Positions 1-10,700 are shown, counted from the stretch's first letter. The stretch: 64,000 nt of DNA from Kiritimatiellia bacterium (GCA_017447805.1 JAFSMR010000059.1:1198-65197), one strand, 5' to 3'. Numbers and translations are program-made. The notes: generated by a model from the letters alone, not told the origin.

Positions 1-361
1 TTCGATAACGCTCGAATTTAAAACGGAATTCAGGATATTCAAAAGCAGGGATTTGCCATCCGGCATTTTTATAATAGGGGGAAGTCCATTTTGCGAACAA
101 TGCGCGGAATTGCGAAACAAACGATTTTATCGATATACCCTTCACGCCCCGAGAAGTCAGATTGATGATTGCTTCATCGAATTTATCGCGAGTAAAGGCG
201 GTTATATTCGAATCGAGATTTATCTTTGCGGCGCGGCAGAGCTGTTTTACACCCTTTATCGTATTTCTCGAAGTCGCTTCGCTCGGACTTGAATTTTTCA
301 GCCGCTCGACTTTGCAGAAATTTTTATAGCAATATATGGCTTCATTGAAGGTAGGTATCAT
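1..361 (-). CDS. hypothetical protein, N-terminal part only (ORF runs off the left edge); faint resemblance to the N-terminal SAM-like domain of tyrosine recombinases
   Basis: My own minus-strand translation gives ATG at 361-359, then 120 sense codons with no stop down to position 1 (MIPTFNEAIYCYKNFCKVERLKNSSPSEATSRNTIKGVKQL...). It is absent from the ORF track because no stop lies in the window. Sampled 60-nt lines are 43-45% GC, below most neighbours. Confidence 0.35.
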   Translation of the reverse strand, partial: MIPTFNEAIYCYKNFCKVERLKNSSPSEATSRNTIKGVKQLCRAAKINLDSNITAFTRDKFDEAIINLTSRGVKGISIKSFVSQFRALFAKWTSPYYKNAGWQIPAFEYPEFRFKFERYR

Positions 362-377
362 ATTTGGCAGAGAGAAG

Positions 378-662
378 CTATACCTGCACAAAACCGTCCA
401 TGCCAAAATACGGGGCTTTTGTTTCGGCTTGCGGCGCGGCTTCAAAGACAGGACGGAAATTCGCAATCAGCGCCAACCAACTTTCAAGCGTCGAAACGAA
501 CCTCTCGGCAGCAGCATAAAACCCATCCGCGCCCAGCATGCCGGTATAGGTTCCGTTAGCCTTGATCGCGCCATCTCCATCGAGGTTCGCAATAGCATCT
601 TCGTTATTCCCCGCGAAATTGCGGAAGATCGAAACCTTGCTTAAATCTAGTTGTATTGACAT
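378..662 (-). CDS. hypothetical small protein (94 aa)
   Basis: ORF track entry. It lies 16 nt upstream of the partial ORF at 1-361 on the same strand. I recognise no motif and there is no clear SD. Confidence 0.4.
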   Translation of the reverse strand: MSIQLDLSKVSIFRNFAGNNEDAIANLDGDGAIKANGTYTGMLGADGFYAAAERFVSTLESWLALIANFRPVFEAAPQAETKAPYFGMDGFVQV

Positions 663-719
663 CTTTTTACTCTTTTTTTATTTCTCTTTCACCCTATCTG
701 CACATAACAAAGAGCGAAG

Positions 720-1688
720 TTACACCTCATCTTCTCTTTTTTTATCGGAATCGAAGAAATTGAAGATACCGGCTATCAATGCGCCGGAAATCGAGTGCCA
801 GACGCAGGAAACGGCAGAAGCGATTGCAGCCTCCGGCAAAAGCGGGAAGTGCCGGCCGGCGAGGACCGTAGCAAGCCCGGCATTTTGCATACCGACTTCT
901 ATCGAAACGGTCTTCTTCTTCGCTTTCGAGAATTTCGCGATTACGCCTGCGCCGTAACCCAGAATATACCCAAGCGCATTATGCAAGAATACCGCGACGA
1001 AAATAAGAATACCCGATTCCATGAATTTGGCGCCATGGGCGGAAACCACCCCGCCGACAATCAAGGCTAGGCCGATTACTGCAATTCCCGGCATAATCTT
1101 TACGATACTGCGCCAAGCATTGGTCTTGCCGAAGAAGGAATTCAACAAAAAGCCGCCTATTACCGGTAGCAATGTAACAATCAAAATCGACTTGAACATG
1201 CCGATCGCATCGATATCGACATTCTCGCCCGAAAGCCACAGCATCAATAAAGGCGTAGTCAGCGGAGCCAAAAGTGTTGAAATTGTTGTCAGCCCTACGG
1301 AAAAAGCGACATCTCCCTTGCAGAGAAAGCTCATTATATTCGAAGATACTCCGCCTGGGCACGAGCCGACCAGAATAAGGCCGATTGCAACAGCCTTCGG
1401 CAGGCCTAGGATATGCGCAAGCGACCAGGCGATTAGCGGCATAAGCGTAAATTGCGCAAGCGCGCCGACAACGATATCAAAAGGACGCGAGACGAGAATC
1501 TTGAAATCCTCGTTCTTTAGGGTCATTCCCATGGTCAGCATTATGCCCCCGAGAATCGCGGTCTGTGAATAAGAGCGAACCCAACCAAAGGCGCCTGGAG
1601 CAAAGAATGCAAAGACTGCCGACGCTGCCACTACCAGTGGAGTCAATTTCGCGAGAAATGCCGATATATAAACGAATATTGCTAGCAT
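720..1688 (-). CDS. bile acid:Na+ symporter (BASS/SBF-like) family transporter
   Basis: 322 aa and highly hydrophobic throughout. The blocks ILGGIMLTMGMTLKNEDF and GSCPGGVSSN are typical of the SBF family. Its start overlaps the murC-murB stop by 7 nt. Confidence 0.8.
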   Translation of the reverse strand: MLAIFVYISAFLAKLTPLVVAASAVFAFFAPGAFGWVRSYSQTAILGGIMLTMGMTLKNEDFKILVSRPFDIVVGALAQFTLMPLIAWSLAHILGLPKAVAIGLILVGSCPGGVSSNIMSFLCKGDVAFSVGLTTISTLLAPLTTPLLMLWLSGENVDIDAIGMFKSILIVTLLPVIGGFLLNSFFGKTNAWRSIVKIMPGIAVIGLALIVGGVVSAHGAKFMESGILIFVAVFLHNALGYILGYGAGVIAKFSKAKKKTVSIEVGMQNAGLATVLAGRHFPLLPEAAIASAVSCVWHSISGALIAGIFNFFDSDKKREDEV

Positions 1689-3598
1689 ATAGAAACCAAT
1701 CCTGAAATTTCAAATTCTAGAAGAATGCCGAAGCGGAAAAACACTTTCTCTTGCATAACAAGCGCAAGCGCGAGAATATCGCTGGAAGTGGAATTCTTCC
1801 CCGCGACGATTACATTAGCGTGATTTTCCCAGACATACGCGCCGCCGATGCGCAAATTCTTCGCGCCGGCTTCCTCCAGGAGGCGTCCGGCGAAATCGTT
1901 CGGCGGATTTTTGAATACGCTGCCGCAACAACGCGGAGGGAAAATTTTCCGGCGCTGCAGATATTCCTTTTCGCTTTCCCTATCTTGCACGCAGGGCAAA
2001 AATTCCACATCTTCGATTTCGCCTTCTATAGAGCTATGCCTGTATCCAAAACCGCACTCGTCTTTTTCCAGCCACTTGCCGTCCACTTTTACTCTTTTTA
2101 CTGCTTCGCTAATCGAGTGGCCGAAAGCCCCGGCGTTCATCTTAAGCCATCCGCCGATCGTACCGGGGATTCCGGCCATCCAAGGAATATGAAGCTCGGC
2201 CCCTGATCTCGCCGCCGCTCCGGAGGACCTTACATATTCTTCATTGGTCGTCAAATCGCTTATCCAAAGATTGCTGCCCGCGCCGACTATTCTCTTCTTG
2301 CCGCCGCCGAAAGTCTTGCCGCCGACACGGAAAAACGAATATTCAGCCAACTCTTTCGCACTCGACAAACCAGCGCCTGAATATGGCGCAGCGGCGGAAG
2401 AAGCGATTTCATCTCTTAATTTTATAATATCGCCCGCGCCAAGCAGAAGCGCGGTATCACCTTCACGCATTTCGAGTTTTGCGTGATTCCAGGCTTCTTG
2501 AACAGAGCGCGCGAGATATAGCTTCTTGACAACGCCGCTCTTTCTGACCTCGGCATATAGATTTGCGATATCGCCGCCCTCGATTCTTTTTTCAAACGCT
2601 GCGTAAGTCGGGCAAAGTATCAATTCATCCACACCTTCGAACGCGGCGGGAAACGTTTCGAGAAGCGCTTTCGTGCGAGAATAACGATGGGGCTGGAATA
2701 ATACGCGCAATGTGCCGCGGGTAATTGCCCGCGCCATCGAAATCGCGCATTTCATTTCGGTTGGATGATGGGCATAATCAGTATATACTTGCTCTGCGAT
2801 TCGCTCGAATCTTCTATCGGGAAGTTTTGCGACTACTTGCGCGAGGACCTTTTCGATTTCCTCTTTTTTGTATCCCCACAAGAGCGCTACCTCGATGGCT
2901 GCTCTCGCGTTTTTCCGATTGTGCTCTTCCTTGACGGGTATTTCCCAATCGCCCATTACCAGCTTTTCCGATTCGATTACGATTTTTGCACCGCTTCTCG
3001 CTTTATCGTAGCATGCAAAATATTCTGCCGGGGTCTTGAAGAAATCAGGGTGGTCGTATTCGCAATTGGTGACGACGAGGATAGAAGGCTTATACAAGGC
3101 AAGAGTTCCATCCGATTCGTCAGCTTCGACTACTAGCGGCCCTTTGCCTGTTCCTGCTACAGGGAAATCGCCCGTCTCGCCGCCGATAGCCCAAGCGACA
3201 TCTTCGCCGAGCGCCTTCAATAATTTTGCGATGAATGTAGAAGTAGTAGTCTTGCCATGCGAACCACATACGGCAATCGAATCCCTCTTCGAGACGATAT
3301 CGGCCAATACTTCACCACGCCACGCGAGGCGGCCGGAATTTTTTGCCGCGATCAACTCGGGATTGTCTTGCGCTACGGCAGGTGTCGCGATTACAAGCGA
3401 AGCGTTTTCGATATGCTCCCTGGCATGACCCTTGGCGACTTTTATGCCTTCTTTCTCAAGCCATTTTACGCGCGGTCCAAGACCTACGTCACAGCCATCC
3501 ACCTCATAGCCTTCACCTTTCAACAGAAAGGCTAAAGCCGCCATGCCAACGCCGCCTATGCCGATAAAATGAATATTCGAACCAGGCAAAAGATTCAT
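1682..3598 (-). CDS. murC/murB: bifunctional MurC (UDP-N-acetylmuramate--L-alanine ligase) / MurB (UDP-N-acetylenolpyruvoylglucosamine reductase) fusion
   Basis: The N-terminus IHFIGIGGVGMAALA...GSHGKTTT...LLLGAGDI is MurC-like. The C-terminus GIPGTIGGWLKMNAGAFG...FGYRHS...GSVFKNP...WENHANVIV is MurB-like. I place the start at ATG 3598 because it forms an ATGA overlap with the amidase stop; the track start at 3613 is a TTG. Confidence 0.9.
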   Translation of the reverse strand: MNLLPGSNIHFIGIGGVGMAALAFLLKGEGYEVDGCDVGLGPRVKWLEKEGIKVAKGHAREHIENASLVIATPAVAQDNPELIAAKNSGRLAWRGEVLADIVSKRDSIAVCGSHGKTTTSTFIAKLLKALGEDVAWAIGGETGDFPVAGTGKGPLVVEADESDGTLALYKPSILVVTNCEYDHPDFFKTPAEYFACYDKARSGAKIVIESEKLVMGDWEIPVKEEHNRKNARAAIEVALLWGYKKEEIEKVLAQVVAKLPDRRFERIAEQVYTDYAHHPTEMKCAISMARAITRGTLRVLFQPHRYSRTKALLETFPAAFEGVDELILCPTYAAFEKRIEGGDIANLYAEVRKSGVVKKLYLARSVQEAWNHAKLEMREGDTALLLGAGDIIKLRDEIASSAAAPYSGAGLSSAKELAEYSFFRVGGKTFGGGKKRIVGAGSNLWISDLTTNEEYVRSSGAAARSGAELHIPWMAGIPGTIGGWLKMNAGAFGHSISEAVKRVKVDGKWLEKDECGFGYRHSSIEGEIEDVEFLPCVQDRESEKEYLQRRKIFPPRCCGSVFKNPPNDFAGRLLEEAGAKNLRIGGAYVWENHANVIVAGKNSTSSDILALALVMQEKVFFRFGILLEFEISGLVSIC

Positions 3599-4512
3599 TC
3601 TGCCTCCAGCCAAGCGGCAAAACCATCAGCTATCGCCTCGGCAATTTTCTTTTGGCGCGCGCGGCTGAAGATCGCCTCTTCCCCTTCAGGGGAAGTTATG
3701 AAATCCGCCTCTACGAGGCAACTTGGGATTTCCGGATTCCTCGTTACTGCGAAGTTGGCGTGAAGCGACCCTTTCGAGACGAGTTCATCCTTAAGGCTTT
3801 GCGCCATCTTCTCGCTTATTGCCTTCGATAGCTCCTCGCCGATTTTATTCCAGGAATATACGCTCGTATAGCGCGCTTTCGAAGCATCTTGATTCGCCGC
3901 CGGCGCGTTGTGATGAATCGAGATGAATGCATCGGCATTTTCTTTGTGCGCGAGGCGCGGACGTTCCGTGAGAACGAGAGCTACATCTTCTTCTCTCGTC
4001 ATCAATACACGCCAACCGCGCGATGAAAATTCATCTCGCACAATCGAGGCGAGAGTAAGATTCGCGTTCTTCTCGAAAAGTCCATGCGGCGAGATGGCGC
4101 CTGTATCGCCGCCTCCATGGCCCGGGTCGATTATTACGGTAATTTCGCCGGGCGCTTTGCCTTTGGGCTTTTCCTTTGGTTCATCGCCGCAATAATCCAG
4201 CTTCTTCCATTCCTTTGGCTTCGCTTTTGGCGCGTTGGGGTCTGGCGGAGCGGGTTTAGCCGCGACTTTGAAGGTATGGTTTGTCGTGAAATCGCCGACT
4301 GTTATACTTACCGTATTTGTTCCTTCGCCGACATCGACCATCGTGGCCCAAGCGCCAGTGCGATAAACCTCGACTTCCTTGCCTTGAACTGTTATCTTTT
4401 CTATTCCTCTATCTACCGCGCCTATCATATACGATTTTTCGATATACGGCAAAGCTGCATTCGGCGCAGGGAACGAAATGACAAGCGCAAGAAAGGAAGA
4501 AGCCAAGCTCAT
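3595..4512 (-). CDS. N-acetylmuramoyl-L-alanine amidase (Amidase_3 type) with N-terminal signal sequence
   Basis: Motifs VIIDPGHGGGDTGA, ISIHHNA and LVEADFITSPEGE. ATGA overlap with the thrH stop. Confidence 0.85.
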   Translation of the reverse strand: MSLASSFLALVISFPAPNAALPYIEKSYMIGAVDRGIEKITVQGKEVEVYRTGAWATMVDVGEGTNTVSITVGDFTTNHTFKVAAKPAPPDPNAPKAKPKEWKKLDYCGDEPKEKPKGKAPGEITVIIDPGHGGGDTGAISPHGLFEKNANLTLASIVRDEFSSRGWRVLMTREEDVALVLTERPRLAHKENADAFISIHHNAPAANQDASKARYTSVYSWNKIGEELSKAISEKMAQSLKDELVSKGSLHANFAVTRNPEIPSCLVEADFITSPEGEEAIFSRARQKKIAEAIADGFAAWLEAE

Positions 4513-5111
4513 TTCAAATTCCTCAAAATCGCCGCGAGAAAATCATCGTATGTTTCGAACGAGGGAATATCGGGGTTTGCGGCCTTGATTTCCGGCGTCG
4601 ACCTGAAGAGGAAGCCTGCTTTCGATGCGCGAATCATCGCCAGATCATTATAGCTATCGCCCGCTGCGATGGTCTGGAAGCCGCAACTCTGCAATGCCTT
4701 TACTGTCGTGAGCTTAGATTGGGGACAACGCATTTTATAGCCCGTCACCTTACCGTTTGCGTCTACAGTAAGCGAATTGCAGAAAATCGCCGGCCAATTG
4801 AGCTTTTTCATCAAAGGACGGGAGAATTGATTAAAGGTATCGGAAAGAATGAGAACCTGCGTCCTTTCGCGAAGCTGATCGAGAAATTCCTGCGCACCAA
4901 TCAGAGGACGCATGCCAGAAATCACATCGACGATTTCATTCAATCCAAAGCCGTGCTTTTCAAGCAAATCCAGGCGATAATGCATCAGCTTGTCGTAATC
5001 GGGTTCATCGCGCGTAGTGCGGCAAAACTCTTTGATTCCCGTCGCATTGGCGAAAGAAATCCAAATTTCCGGAACCAATACCCCTTCAAGATCCAAACAT
5101 ACGATATCCAT
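4509..5111 (-). CDS. thrH: phosphoserine phosphatase / homoserine phosphotransferase ThrH (HAD family)
   Basis: MDIVCLDLEGVLVPEIWI...ILSDTF...AAGDSYND is nearly collinear with Pseudomonas ThrH as I remember it. Confidence 0.85.
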   Translation of the reverse strand: MDIVCLDLEGVLVPEIWISFANATGIKEFCRTTRDEPDYDKLMHYRLDLLEKHGFGLNEIVDVISGMRPLIGAQEFLDQLRERTQVLILSDTFNQFSRPLMKKLNWPAIFCNSLTVDANGKVTGYKMRCPQSKLTTVKALQSCGFQTIAAGDSYNDLAMIRASKAGFLFRSTPEIKAANPDIPSFETYDDFLAAILRNLK

Positions 5112-5145
5112 TATTTTTATTTCCTTTACTTAGAAAAAATCCTTT

Positions 5146-6378
5146 TTATTCTTTTGGCATAACCCAGCTGAGCGCGCTGTTATCGGCAGAAAATATCGCC
5201 CGCGCGACATCGCGAACCTGATCGGCAGTAACCTCGCGAACCTTTTCTATTTGCTCGCTTGGCAATACTAGCCTTCCTTGCGATAAATAATTGCCTGCGT
5301 AGAAAAGCATCTTCGTCAACGCCTTTTCGTTCGATATGCGGAAGTTGCCGATGAGATATTCTTTCGTGCGCTTCAAATCGGCTGGCGTAAGGCGCTTCTG
5401 GACGAGTCTGTCGATTTCTTTATTTATGACCTCAAGCGCAATTGCCGCCTTGCCGGGGTCTACGCCCGCGCCAATCGAAAGCATTCCGGCATCCTTGAAG
5501 AATTGCCAGCGCGAACCTATATCATAACTCAGGCCATATTTCTCGCGCACTTCCTGGAATAGGCGGCTAGACATTCCGCGCCCCAAAATTCCATCCAAAA
5601 CGGCTGCCGGATATTTACGCTCGTCAAGACATCCAAAAGTTCTGTAGCCTAGCATGAGCTGAGTTTGGTTTACTTCCTTCTTCACGATTATTTCATGCAC
5701 CGGAGGAATGGAAAAATCGACTTTGGGCGTTTTGAATGACGGCGCTTTTCTAATGCCTTTAGGCAATACGGCATTGAGTTTCGAAATCGCCTTGCTTTCT
5801 TTAAACGACCCGGAAATTACGATTACTGTTTTGGAAGCTAGATAGTGGCGGTTTATATAATCGTGAAGATCGTCAGGCGTAAGCGGCAAGAGAGATTCTT
5901 CGCTCCCGGCGATTGGCGCGCCGAGTTGGTTGCGCGGGAAAATCGCGCGCTGAAGATTTTCGGCGGCCACCGATTCGGGTTCGTCGCGATACATCCTGAT
6001 CTCTTCGATGATAACGCGCTTTTCTTTTTCGAATTCCTCGGGGTCGATGGAAGCGTTTAGATACATATCGCATAAGATATCTATAGCGTCCAAAAGATAG
6101 TCGTCGGGCAGATGCGCAAAGAAGCAGGTGCTTTCCTCGCTGGTATAGGCGTTGAAATTTCCCCCGCGCCCTTCAATCGCTCTGATTATATCGATTGCGC
6201 GCCTCGTAGGCGTGCCTTTGAACAGCATGTGTTCGATGAAATGCGAAATACCTGCAAACTTCGGCGATTCGTGCCGCGAGCCCGAAGCGACAAAGATGCC
6301 TACCGCCACGCTTTCGGCTTCGCAAGGAACAAGAATCGCAGTAATACCGCTATCGAGTGTTATCAGTTTCGGCTGCAT
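5146..6378 (-). CDS. M16 family zinc peptidase (pitrilysin-like)
   Basis: Contains the inverted zinc motif HFIEH (GISHFIEHMLFKGT). I place the start at MQPKLITL (6378), which fits the gap after hisA; the track's upstream extension overlaps hisA. Confidence 0.85.
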   Translation of the reverse strand: MQPKLITLDSGITAILVPCEAESVAVGIFVASGSRHESPKFAGISHFIEHMLFKGTPTRRAIDIIRAIEGRGGNFNAYTSEESTCFFAHLPDDYLLDAIDILCDMYLNASIDPEEFEKEKRVIIEEIRMYRDEPESVAAENLQRAIFPRNQLGAPIAGSEESLLPLTPDDLHDYINRHYLASKTVIVISGSFKESKAISKLNAVLPKGIRKAPSFKTPKVDFSIPPVHEIIVKKEVNQTQLMLGYRTFGCLDERKYPAAVLDGILGRGMSSRLFQEVREKYGLSYDIGSRWQFFKDAGMLSIGAGVDPGKAAIALEVINKEIDRLVQKRLTPADLKRTKEYLIGNFRISNEKALTKMLFYAGNYLSQGRLVLPSEQIEKVREVTADQVRDVARAIFSADNSALSWVMPKE

Positions 6379-6389
6379 TGCAAAATCGA

Positions 6390-7115
6390 TTAAAATGCCG
6401 CGGCGTTCATTTCCGCGAGAGTTGTCTTGCCATCGTAAAGCGCTTTGCCGACAATCGCGGCGCGAAGATTTTTGCGCTCGAGCATCTTGAGGTTTTCCAC
6501 ATCGTAAGGAGAAGAAATTCCGCCGGATGCCGTAATATAACAATTGGGCGCCGCATCGCAAATTGTCGCCATCTGGGTAAGATTCGGCCCTCCAAGCATG
6601 CCGTCGGTCGCCGTATCGGTGTAGATTATGCGCGAAATTCCGGCGTTCTCGACCGCACTAGCCAAATCTGTCGCCTTCACGGCAGTCGTTTCTACCCAGC
6701 CTTTCGTCTGGACATACCCATTGCGGGCATCTATTCCCACCGCGATTCTATCGCCGTAAAGCTCGACCGCTTGTGAAAGGAACGCTGGGTTCTCGAGGGC
6801 GGCCGACCCGATTATCGCCCTCGCGGCACCCGCATCGAAAATCGCCCTGAGCGCATCTGCCGTTCTTATTCCGCCGCCTACTTCCACTGGCCCGCCGAAA
6901 GCTTCGATGATCGAACGGATTATTTCCAGATGTTGCATCTCGCCATCGAAAGCCCCGTCGAGGTCGACGACATGAAGCTCGGCGCCGCCCTGCTCGCGCC
7001 AATAGCGCGCCTGCGATGCAGGGTCGTCGCCATAAATCGTAACATCATCCGCGCGCCCTTGACGAAGCCTTACACACTTGCCACCCTTCAAATCGATCGC
7101 CGGCAAAATTATCAT
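6390..7115 (-). CDS. hisA: ProFAR isomerase HisA
   Basis: MIILPAIDLKGGKCVRLRQG...VVDLDGA...GGGIR. Overlaps the hisB stop by 4 nt. Confidence 0.92.
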   Translation of the reverse strand: MIILPAIDLKGGKCVRLRQGRADDVTIYGDDPASQARYWREQGGAELHVVDLDGAFDGEMQHLEIIRSIIEAFGGPVEVGGGIRTADALRAIFDAGAARAIIGSAALENPAFLSQAVELYGDRIAVGIDARNGYVQTKGWVETTAVKATDLASAVENAGISRIIYTDTATDGMLGGPNLTQMATICDAAPNCYITASGGISSPYDVENLKMLERKNLRAAIVGKALYDGKTTLAEMNAAAF

Positions 7116-7696
7116 ATTACTCCTTTTGAGCTTGGTACGCCTTTTTCGCTAGGATCGATCGCCTTGGCCTGGCGCAGCGCGCGCGCAAACGACTTGAAGA
7201 ATCCTTCGCAGACATGATGCGCTTCATCGCCGTAAATCTGCCTCAGATGTATATTCGCACGCGCTTCTACGCTTAGCGCACGGAAAAATTCTTCCACGAG
7301 CTTGACTTCGAAATCGCGCACCATCATGTGCTTCATAGGCGAAATCATTACGAGGAACGGCCGCCCCCCGAGATCTAAGGATGTTTCGCACAATGCTTCA
7401 TCCATTGGAATCGATGCAAAGCCATAGCGCACAAGCTGCACTCTATCGCCTAGCGCCTTGTTGAGCGCTTGACCGATTACGAGACCCGTATCTTCTACAG
7501 TGTGGTGATAATCGACTTGTAAATCACCCTTCGCCTTTACGCTTAAATCTATCGCCGCGTGCTTTTTGACAAGCTCAAGCATGTGATCGAAGAAGCCAAT
7601 ACCGGTATCGATTTCGCCCTCGCCCGACCCATCTAGATTCAAGGAGACGGAAATTTCCGTTTCTTTTGTCTTACGCTCAATAAAAGATTCTCTCAT
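7112..7696 (-). CDS. hisB: imidazoleglycerol-phosphate dehydratase HisB
   Basis: RKTKETEISVSLNLDGSG...GFFDHML...DYHHTVED...HHVCE. Confidence 0.92.
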   Translation of the reverse strand: MRESFIERKTKETEISVSLNLDGSGEGEIDTGIGFFDHMLELVKKHAAIDLSVKAKGDLQVDYHHTVEDTGLVIGQALNKALGDRVQLVRYGFASIPMDEALCETSLDLGGRPFLVMISPMKHMMVRDFEVKLVEEFFRALSVEARANIHLRQIYGDEAHHVCEGFFKSFARALRQAKAIDPSEKGVPSSKGVI

Positions 7697-7715
7697 CGTT
7701 TTCTGAAATCCTTGT

Positions 7716-10700
7716 TTATCGATTTACTGGTTTTACCGCGATCTTGGTAGCATGCCCATTGAGCGGAATTTCTTCCGCTTCTACGCTTGTGGCGAACTCG
7801 AGTCCAAGAGCAAGGGTCTCGCCTTTTACATAATCAAGCCAAGTTTCGAGCGCGCTCTTCATTTCGTCGTCGGCAGCGACCTCGATTTCGATTCTCTGCG
7901 TTACCTCGAAATCAGCGTCCTTGCGCATTGCCTGGACATGGCTTACGAATTCGCGGGCAAGCCCTTCGGCGACAAGTTCGCGCGTTAGGCTGGTTTCAAG
8001 CCCGACTACAATACTGCCTTGCGAAGCTACGACGAGCCCGGCCTTCGGCGTGCGAGTAACGAGGATATCTTCCTCGGCGATTTCCACGCCCTCGATTACA
8101 ATACCCGGCGTAAAACTCTTGAGCGACGCGATTGCCGAAGCGACGAGTTTCATCTTCGCGCCGCACTTCTTGCCGAGAGTCTTGAAATTCGCTTTGTAGC
8201 TTACATCGCAAAGCTCTGTTTCATCTGCCACGAAAACTACATCCTTTACGTTCAGCTCATCTTGAACGAGCGCTTCCAAGCCCTTGATATCGCCGCCGGC
8301 GATCTTTAGAGCTGCGAGCGGCTGGCGAACCTTGAGGTCGTTATCCGCCCTTAGGCGACGGCCGAGTTCCACCGCGCTCTGCACAGCCTGCATCTTCGCC
8401 TCGAGCTCGATATCGCGATATGATGCGTTTGCCTTCGGGAAATCGCATAGATGCACGCTCTCGGGGTCGCTTTCTCCTTTGAGATTGCGATAGATTTCTT
8501 CTGCGATGAAAGGCGTGAAAGGCGCGGCGACTTTCGCGAGCTGCACAAGAACATAGCGAAGCGTTCTATACGCGCATATCTTATCGCCGTCGTTTTGCGA
8601 TTTCCAGAATCTGCGGCGCGAACGGCGTATATACCAGTTGGTCAAATCTTCGATGAATTTCACGAAAGGCCTTACCGAGCGCTGAAGATCGTAATCATCC
8701 ATTGCCGAAGTCACATCGGCGATTAGGGTTTCCATCGAAGAGACAATCCATCTATCAAGCACGTTTTGCGATGTTGGATAGACGACCTCCTTATCGTCGA
8801 ACTTGTCTACGTTCGCATAAGTTACAAAGAATGAATATGCATTCCACCATGGAATCAGCAAATCCCTCATAAGCTGCTTTACGCCATTTTCCGAAAACTT
8901 CAAGTTCTCCGCCCTGACGACCGGCGAATAAATCATATAAAGACGAATCGCATCAGCGCCATACGTATCGAGCATCTTTATCGGATCGGGATAATTCTTA
9001 AGGCGCTTAGACATCTTCTTGCCGTCTTCGGCCAAGACGAGTCCGTTCACGATTACGTTCTTGTAGGGCGATTTATCGAAGAGGCAAGTTCCTAGCACCA
9101 TCAGAGTATAGAACCAACCGCGAGTCTGATCTAGCCCTTCGGCAATGAAATCAGCCGGGAAGAATTTATCGACTTCGCCTTCTTCGCCCATATAATGCTG
9201 CTGGGCGTAGGGCATCGAACCAGATTCGAACCAGCAATCGAGAACTTCACTCGTGCGATGATAGGTTTTGCCGTCTTTGCGAATTACGATTTTATCGATG
9301 AAATGCTTGTGGAGGTCGGTTACTTTTTCGCCGGAAAGTTCCTCGAGTTCCTTTGCGCTCCCGACGCAAATCATATCTTCGGGATCTTCATCGTTAATCC
9401 AGACCGGGATGCAACTACCCCAGAAACGATTGCGCGAAATATTCCAATCGCGCGCCTCGCCAAGCCAATTGCCGAAACGCTTCTCGCCGACATAATCTGG
9501 CGTCCAGTGGACCGTAGAATTGTTCTTCGCGAGCCTTGAGTGCAAATCTTCAACCTTTACATACCACGCATCGATTGCGCGGTAAATAAGCGGCGTATCT
9601 GTTCTATCGCAATAAGGATAGGAGTGGACGATTGTCGATTGATGAACGAGCTTGCCTTCGCTCTTAAGACGCTTGATTATATCTTTATCGCAATCTTTGC
9701 AGAAGCGACCTGCATATTCCGGCAGAGCCGATGAGAAAGCGCAAGCATCGTCGAGCGGGTCGGCGAATGCCGTTATGCCGTTTGTTTTGCAGACTCTAAA
9801 GTCATCCTCACCATAAGCCGGCGCGATATGGACAAGCCCCGTGCCGTCGTCTGTAGTGACATAATCATCATTCAGAACCTGAAACGCGCCTTCCGATCGC
9901 TTGTCGGCGAAATACGAGAACATCGGCTCATAACTCCAGCCCTTCAGCGCCTCGCCCTTGAAAGATGCAACAAGCTCGTAAGATTCTTTCTTCTTGAAAA
10001 TCGTCTCGAGCCTTGCTTTGGCCATGATATAAACCGACCTTTCGTCGTCCGTCAAATCGCGCACTGCCACATAATCGATATTTGCGCCGGCGCAAATTGC
10101 GAGGTTTTCCGGAAGAGTCCAGGGCGTAGTCGTCCAAATGAGGAGATAAACGGCTTTTTCTTCTCTCTTCAGCTCTTCTACCGTTATCGATTGCGGCAAA
10201 GCTTTCACGCGAACTGTGACCGTTGGGTCTTGCACATCCTTATAGTTGCTGCCGGCCTCGAAATTCGAAAGCGGGGTGGAAAGCTTCCAGGAATACGGCA
10301 TGATACGGTGGGATTTATATACTCTACCCTGATTCCAAAGCTGCTTGAACACCCACCAGACGCTTTCCATGAAGCTGGGGTCCATCGTCTTATAGTCATT
10401 GTCGAAATCCACCCAGCGACCCATTCGCGTCACTGTCTTGCGCCATTCGTTGACATATTTGAGCACCATCGCGCGGCACTGTTCGTTGAATTTATCGACG
10501 CCTAGCGCCTTGATATCCGGCGCGCCGGCGATTCCGAGCGCTTCTTGCGCAAGCGCTTCGATAGGCAAACCGTGGGTATCCCAGCCGAATCTGCGCTCAA
10601 CATACTTGCCGCGCATGGTCTGGTATCTAGGGACGATATCTTTGATTGTTCCGGCAAGCAAATGACCGTAATGCGGCAGCCCCGTAGCGAAAGGCGGCCC

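Noticed and set aside
5146-6561. N-terminal extensions suggested by the ORF track for the M16 peptidase, and likewise for smc, the Trx-like protein, pyrD, yihY, znuC, dprA, the TPR protein, skp and murC-murB
   Set aside because: The extensions overlap the upstream gene or a tRNA, or they start at TTG or GTG without an SD. Internal ATGs give family-typical N-termini and fit the intergenic gaps or ATGA overlaps.
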